Virus record (IMG/VR): IMGVR_UViG_3300044846_002040
Span: 1-38,453 of that record
Strand: one strand, 5' to 3'
Origin: a virus
Lineage: Duplodnaviria > Caudoviricetes
DNA length: 38,453 bases
Below the pieces are notes generated by a model, which saw nothing but the letters and a program-made list of their open reading frames with translations, was not told the DNA's origin and made no database searches. The number at the start of each line of letters is the position of its first letter. Position 1 is the first letter of the stretch. A program made the position numbers and the translations under genes. Shown here one piece after another: positions 34,886-38,453 of this stretch.

Positions 34886-35035
34886 GAGTATAATTATAAC
34901 ATTAATTTTTTATATTTCGGCGGGAAACAACAAAGCCGAAAATAGAGATGCCAAACCTCCTACCAACTCTAATGTATGCTACGCATACAAGTATGTTGCA
35001 ATATGTGTATTAACTCTATATGTGGCTACAATGGT

Positions 35036-35064
35036 TTGCAATTTAAAAGTTTTTCTGATATAAT
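35036..35064 (+). promoter_or_regulatory. Sigma70/SigA-type promoter
   Basis: TTGCAA-17 bp-TATAAT with extended TG. Confidence 0.65.
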
Positions 35065-35093
35065 TATATTCAAATACCTAGGGGGTAAAAAAA

Positions 35094-35288
35094 ATGTCAA
35101 CAGACAAGGCTACATTTATTAATTTAATGATCAATAGCATCAATCAGGATAATCGTGATATTTGTCAAAGAGGCGGTATGGCAAATGATGAAATTGAAAA
35201 ATCAATCGAACAAAGTCAACCATCATTAGCATATATGGCTGAAAACCTTTATAATAGACTAGTTGAAGGTAAAATACTAAAAGATTAA
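35094..35288 (+). CDS. Small hypothetical protein
   Basis: 64 aa; own promoter and SD AGGGGG. Confidence 0.7.
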   Translation: MSTDKATFINLMINSINQDNRDICQRGGMANDEIEKSIEQSQPSLAYMAENLYNRLVEGKILKD

Positions 35289-35289
35289 C

Positions 35290-35403
35290 TTATTCTAGTT
35301 CGTCAAGAGCAATTGGTGGGACAGATGAATGTAAAACTTCACAAATACATTTGTCGCAGCACTGCTTTGGCGGGTCATTGCTTGTAACTTGGTCATCGCT
35401 CAT
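35290..35403 (-). CDS. 37-aa acidic Cys-rich peptide (CCxxCxC) (not in ORF track)
   Basis: MSDDQVTSNDPPKQCCDKCICEVLHSSVPPIALDELE; ATGA overlap with JmjC stop. Confidence 0.55.
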   Translation of the reverse strand: MSDDQVTSNDPPKQCCDKCICEVLHSSVPPIALDELE

Positions 35404-36002
35404 AGTATACCTATTTTATCACTTTTTAAATGACCAAGTCCAAATGAAATTCCTGCACGAGGAGATTTAGGCAAAACGCTATGTTTTTTCTTAAATGGGC
35501 AAAAAACCATATCTCCTTCTTCTAAAAGAAAGGTGTATTCTATTTCTTCTGTTTCATTGTTGTACATGCTCCATTCGGCTTTTCCACGTACCTGCCAACA
35601 AAATATGTTTGTAGGGTCATAATGAATGGTGTTACCAAGTAATTTATTTGTAGCAAAAGTAATAAAAGATGGAATAGACTGTATTTCTCCTTCAAACGTA
35701 CATGGATCAAATATGGTTAAAAGAGTATTTTTAATTGTTTCTACCGCCTTGATTCTTTCTGTGTTAAATAATTTAAAACCATATCCTGATTTAGCATATT
35801 TGTGCCAAGGATTATCAGCACGCTTCCATCCCTCATTATATTCAAGATTATTTTCTATAGCATAGTTAAAGTCTTCATCAATTAATGTGAGAAGTTCATC
35901 CCAAGTAACATCAAATGGGATTTTTTCTTCAAGTTTAAAAGGTTTTTGATTTATGTAATTATCTATATATTCTGGTTTTAAAAGAAAATCTAACTCTTTC
36001 AT
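35400..36002 (-). CDS. JmjC/cupin-4 (RoxA/YcfD-like) 2OG-Fe(II) oxygenase
   Basis: HYD...WQVRGKAEW...LEEGDMVFCP...H.V....R..ISFG. Confidence 0.8.
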   Translation of the reverse strand: MKELDFLLKPEYIDNYINQKPFKLEEKIPFDVTWDELLTLIDEDFNYAIENNLEYNEGWKRADNPWHKYAKSGYGFKLFNTERIKAVETIKNTLLTIFDPCTFEGEIQSIPSFITFATNKLLGNTIHYDPTNIFCWQVRGKAEWSMYNNETEEIEYTFLLEEGDMVFCPFKKKHSVLPKSPRAGISFGLGHLKSDKIGIL

Positions 36003-36097
36003 TTTCTATGCCATTTTTTAGAATTTTTAGATTGTAACTTTGCAACTAGCAAAAGTCCCAATATGGCCAAAACAGAAAACATTAGTTCCTTTATCAT
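35999..36097 (-). CDS. 32-aa membrane peptide (not in ORF track)
   Basis: MIKELMFSVLAILGLLLVAKLQSKNSKKWHRK; ATGA overlaps at both ends. Confidence 0.55.
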   Translation of the reverse strand: MIKELMFSVLAILGLLLVAKLQSKNSKKWHRK

Positions 36098-36258
36098 TTC
36101 TTATCATCCTTTACGTATGGTTTTAATATATCCCAGTGTCCTTTGGGATTTCCTTGATATACCTGCCCAGTTTCTCTATCTATTAATAGCCACTTTTCAG
36201 GTCTCTTTGTCTTTACCGTCAAAATTACTGCTTCGTCAAAAACCTTGTATTGGGTCAT
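36094..36258 (-). CDS. 54-aa hypothetical protein (not in ORF track)
   Basis: MTQYKVFDEAVILTVKTKRPEKWLLIDRETGQVYQGNPKGHWDILKPYVKDDKK; ATGA overlaps at both ends. Confidence 0.65.
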   Translation of the reverse strand: MTQYKVFDEAVILTVKTKRPEKWLLIDRETGQVYQGNPKGHWDILKPYVKDDKK

Positions 36259-36374
36259 GAGGATAGCGCCATACTAAAATGTTTTTTGCATACATCAACT
36301 ATCTTATAGTCATATGGCTGTAGGTAAAGACTCTCTTCTTCACAAAAATAGCACTTGTCAAATTTATTGGTCAT
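36255..36374 (-). CDS. 39-aa CxxC...CxxH zinc-finger-like peptide (leaderless; not in ORF track)
   Basis: MTNKFDKCYFCEEESLYLQPYDYKIVDVCKKHFSMALSS; TGGTAAAAT 36381-36389 ends 6 nt before ATG. Confidence 0.65.
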   Translation of the reverse strand: MTNKFDKCYFCEEESLYLQPYDYKIVDVCKKHFSMALSS

Positions 36375-36408
36375 ATCTTTATTTTACCACATCATGTATA
36401 ATCAATGT

Positions 36409-36606
36409 ATGGGTGATGACGCTAGGGTTTGGGATTTATTCAATGGTTCTGCCAGAACACCAGAGGAACTTGCCCAATACCGTCTCGAAATTTGTAGTGG
36501 GTGTGAATTCTATAGAAAACGTACAAACCAGTGTGTTAAGTGCGGATGTTTTATGAAGTTGAAGACTACCCTTGAAAAGGCTAAATGTCCTATTGGGAAG
36601 TGGTAG
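36409..36606 (+). CDS. Small Cys-rich protein (DUF6171-like), leaderless
   Basis: RLEICSGC...QCVKCGCFM..KT.L..AKCPIGKW; TATAAT 36397-36402 ends 6 nt before ATG 36409. Confidence 0.72.
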   Translation: MGDDARVWDLFNGSARTPEELAQYRLEICSGCEFYRKRTNQCVKCGCFMKLKTTLEKAKCPIGKW

Positions 36607-36620
36607 TGTACAATAATTGT

Positions 36621-37340
36621 ATGTCTAAAGATATTAAATTTACTTCACTATATGATAATGTAATGGAAATGTTTTATCCAAAACCTGCATCTGAATATAT
36701 TCCAGATTGGTATAAAAATCAACCATCATATACAAATAATAAAAGAAATATTAACGATAGTGGAAAAGTCAATGCTACAATAAAAAAATGCATTCCAGTT
36801 TTTGATGCAATTACTGCTGGATATATTATTGTTACCTGTATGGATATAGAGATTATAAAAAAGGAAAAATTTTCAGATTATAAGTGGGCATATAAGTTTA
36901 ATAGCCCTTTTGGAAAAGTTGATCCAGTAGTGTTTCATAATCCAGAACAAGCGGATAAACACCCATCATTTAAAGATTTCTCAAGCCCCCCTAAATTTAT
37001 AAATCCATGGTCTATACAAACACCAAAGGGCTATTCTACTTTATTTGTAGCCCCAATGCACAGAGACTCACCTTTTGAAATACTGCCTGGAATTGTAGAT
37101 ACTGATATGCATTTTTCAGAAGTTAACTTTCCATTTTCTTTAAAAGATCCAAATTGGTCAGGAATAATCCCAGCAGGAACACCTATTGCCCAAGTAATAC
37201 CTTTTAAAAGGGATTCTTGGAAAAAAAATATTGGTGGCAAAAAAGAACAAGAAAGAACAGTAAGGTCAAATCAAACAATACTTTTATTTTTTTCAAATGC
37301 ATATAAAAAATTGTTTTGGAGTAAAAAAATTTTTAAATAA
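36621..37340 (+). CDS. DUF6065-related / degenerate dUTPase-fold-like protein (paralogue of 19286-20053)
   Basis: IPDWYK, KKCIPVFDAITAGY, PKGYSTLF..P, GIVDTD, GTPIAQVIPFKR; TACAAT 36609-36614 ends 6 nt before ATG 36621. Confidence 0.6.
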   Translation: MSKDIKFTSLYDNVMEMFYPKPASEYIPDWYKNQPSYTNNKRNINDSGKVNATIKKCIPVFDAITAGYIIVTCMDIEIIKKEKFSDYKWAYKFNSPFGKVDPVVFHNPEQADKHPSFKDFSSPPKFINPWSIQTPKGYSTLFVAPMHRDSPFEILPGIVDTDMHFSEVNFPFSLKDPNWSGIIPAGTPIAQVIPFKRDSWKKNIGGKKEQERTVRSNQTILLFFSNAYKKLFWSKKIFK

Positions 37341-37368
37341 GTATAGAAGTCTTATATCTAAATAATGG

Positions 37369-37494
37369 CTATTTTTTAAAATATTTGGTAATTATTACTA
37401 TACCCGCCACAATTGCAATAATTAACAAACTCCTGCTTAAGTGACTGTAATCTCCCCAACACTCACTAGCCCCTGTATAACAGTTACTCTTCAA
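37369..37494 (-). CDS. Possible 41-aa membrane peptide (TTG start)
   Basis: MKSNCYTGASECWGDYSHLSRSLLIIAIVAGIVIITKYFKK; clean TM plus basic tail, overlaps upstream stop; no clear SD. Confidence 0.3.
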   Translation of the reverse strand: MKSNCYTGASECWGDYSHLSRSLLIIAIVAGIVIITKYFKK

Positions 37495-37690
37495 ATGAGG
37501 TTTGTGTTTCTAGTAGATCGTTTACTGGTTTGCATGAACAATGGTCACAAACCTCTTCTTCAAAAACCTTTAATGCCAAACCATTGTTTATAACTTTTTC
37601 GTTATTAGAATGTGGGTCATAGCCTTTAGGGGTTTGTCTATGCCAAGGTTCTGGATAGGAAGGGTTGTCGATATTATCTAAGATAGCCAT
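37484..37690 (-). CDS. Small hypothetical protein with CxxCxC (leaderless)
   Basis: MAILDNIDN...VCDHCSC; TATAAT 37697-37702 ends 6 nt before ATG. Confidence 0.65.
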   Translation of the reverse strand: MAILDNIDNPSYPEPWHRQTPKGYDPHSNNEKVINNGLALKVFEEEVCDHCSCKPVNDLLETQTSFEE

Positions 37691-37704
37691 GTGATCATTA
37701 TATA

Positions 37705-37863
37705 CTATATTGTCCACCAGAGGTTGGTGTTATAGAAGAAGCCTACCTTTTGTCTATACTGAAAGTAGCCCTTGTTTATGTTATCCCAATTAGGGTCATT
37801 GGTATCCAAACCACAATACCCGCACAAACCAGGACCTGTGTATTTATATACGTGTTGGCACAT
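37705..37863 (-). CDS. Small zinc-ribbon-like protein CxH...CxxC (leaderless)
   Basis: MCQHVYKYTGPGLCGYCG...; TATAAT 37870-37875 ends 6 nt before ATG. Confidence 0.62.
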   Translation of the reverse strand: MCQHVYKYTGPGLCGYCGLDTNDPNWDNINKGYFQYRQKVGFFYNTNLWWTI

Positions 37864-37949
37864 ATTTCTATTATACCCTGCCAAATCTGAAAAAATTTTT
37901 ATTTTCATAAAATCTGAATATTTTTCTCAGATGTATGATACATGTTTAA

Positions 37950-37999
37950 AAAAAATAAAATATAAAAAATTAGTGAGCACACTACTCTGGGTAGTGCGC
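37950..37999 (-). terminator. Terminator-like hairpin overlapping stop codon, followed by long U-rich tract
   Basis: GCGCACUAC-CCAGA-GUAGUGUGC (9 bp incl. one G-U) then UCACUAAUUUUUUAUAUUUUAUUUUUUU. Confidence 0.55.
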
Positions 38000-38077
38000 C
38001 CTGTCATAGTCTGCAAGGCTGCCACCATTGTCTAGGTGCGCCTTGCGTCTTAGTTGTTCAGCAGAATACTCAGCCAC
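37982..38077 (-). CDS. 31-aa peptide (not in ORF track)
   Basis: GTG start, SD AGGAG; MAEYSAEQLRRKAHLDNGGSLADYDRAHYPE. Confidence 0.5.
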   Translation of the reverse strand: MAEYSAEQLRRKAHLDNGGSLADYDRAHYPE

Positions 38078-38215
38078 TTATCTATCTCTCCTAATTAATT
38101 TAACTGAATAGATAAATGCGATAGTGCCAACCAATAACCATGTAGGTATATTGATTTGCAATCCTATGCTGTCAGCATATAGACCGAATGAATTTAAATC
38201 TAGGTATAGTTCCAT
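38078..38215 (-). CDS. 45-aa membrane peptide (not in ORF track)
   Basis: SD GGAGGT; MELYLDLNSFGLYADSIGLQINIPTWLLVGTIAFIYSVKLIRRDR. Confidence 0.6.
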   Translation of the reverse strand: MELYLDLNSFGLYADSIGLQINIPTWLLVGTIAFIYSVKLIRRDR

Positions 38216-38217
38216 AA

Positions 38218-38373
38218 CTACTTAACCTCCTCATCTAAATTGTATTGAGCAGAAAGGTAAGCGTTAGCCTGACTTAATGCGTCAAGCAAGGACTTATCCT
38301 CTCTATCGTAGCGAGCCTGTTGGGCTTTTCTGATATCCGCAATAAGGTTATTGTTAGGGTTATTCTTTATCAT
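38218..38373 (-). CDS. 51-aa hypothetical protein (not in ORF track)
   Basis: SD GAAAGGA; MIKNNPNNNLIADIRKAQQARYDREDKSLLDALSQANAYLSAQYNLDEEVK. Confidence 0.6.
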   Translation of the reverse strand: MIKNNPNNNLIADIRKAQQARYDREDKSLLDALSQANAYLSAQYNLDEEVK

Positions 38374-38415
38374 TTTAGTTTATCCTTTCGTTAGATAACT
38401 TTCTTTATACCTGCA

Positions 38416-38440
38416 ATTCTAGCAGGGGGGTCTGACATTT
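38416..38440 (-). promoter_or_regulatory. Promoter AAATGTCAGACCCCCC-TGCTAGAAT for the micro-ORF operon
   Basis: Extended -10 TGnTAGAAT preceded by a GC-rich TGTCAGACCCCCC element not seen at other promoters here. Confidence 0.5.
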
Positions 38441-38453
38441 TGGGGGCTTTATT

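Noticed and set aside
36063-36556. Plus-strand ORFs 36063-36260 and 36314-36556
   Set aside because: Better explained by the ATGA-coupled minus-strand micro-operon and the leaderless 36409 gene.
37772-38035. Plus-strand 87-aa ORF
   Set aside because: It crosses an AT-rich regulatory junction and opposes better-supported minus-strand micro-ORFs.

Overview
AT-rich, gene-dense segment of a tailed dsDNA phage genome (siphovirus-like). The host is probably an actinobacterium, inferred from the many leaderless -10/ATG starts and the gene types. Almost all genes are on the minus strand. In transcription order (right to left) it holds small accessory genes, a holin-like protein, several tail/fibre/adaptor proteins, two accessory cassettes, a class II ribonucleotide reductase (nrdJ), a 1212-aa LamG-like virion protein, portal, prohead protease with a nested scaffold, major capsid, head-tail joining proteins and a major tail protein cut by the window edge. 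The most striking feature is a twice-repeated architecture: a fibre protein with a shared C-terminal 'KLRAQxSSA' domain, then a fibronectin-III protein with a proline-rich heptad tail starting 'TPPFFP', then a block of modifying enzymes. Cassette 1 has a 61-residue tail made only of Pro and Phe, followed by six prolyl-hydroxylase-type 2OG-Fe(II) oxygenases, two dUTPase-fold-like/DUF6065-like proteins and an SDR. Cassette 2 has a (PTPPAPT)x5 plus Cys-rich tail, followed by a 2OG-Fe(II) oxygenase and a Skp1 hydroxyproline-GlcNAc-transferase-like (GT60) enzyme. I infer a phage-encoded post-translational hydroxylation/glycosylation system acting on its own Pro-rich (probably virion) proteins. Other signals include a candidate C-rich-loop sRNA, a duplicated hairpin+12-mer in a secreted lysozyme gene, a perfect 20-bp AT palindrome, and unannotated micro-ORF operons. 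All family calls come from motif recognition by eye; no database searches were run. No tRNA, rRNA, CRISPR array or mobile element was seen.
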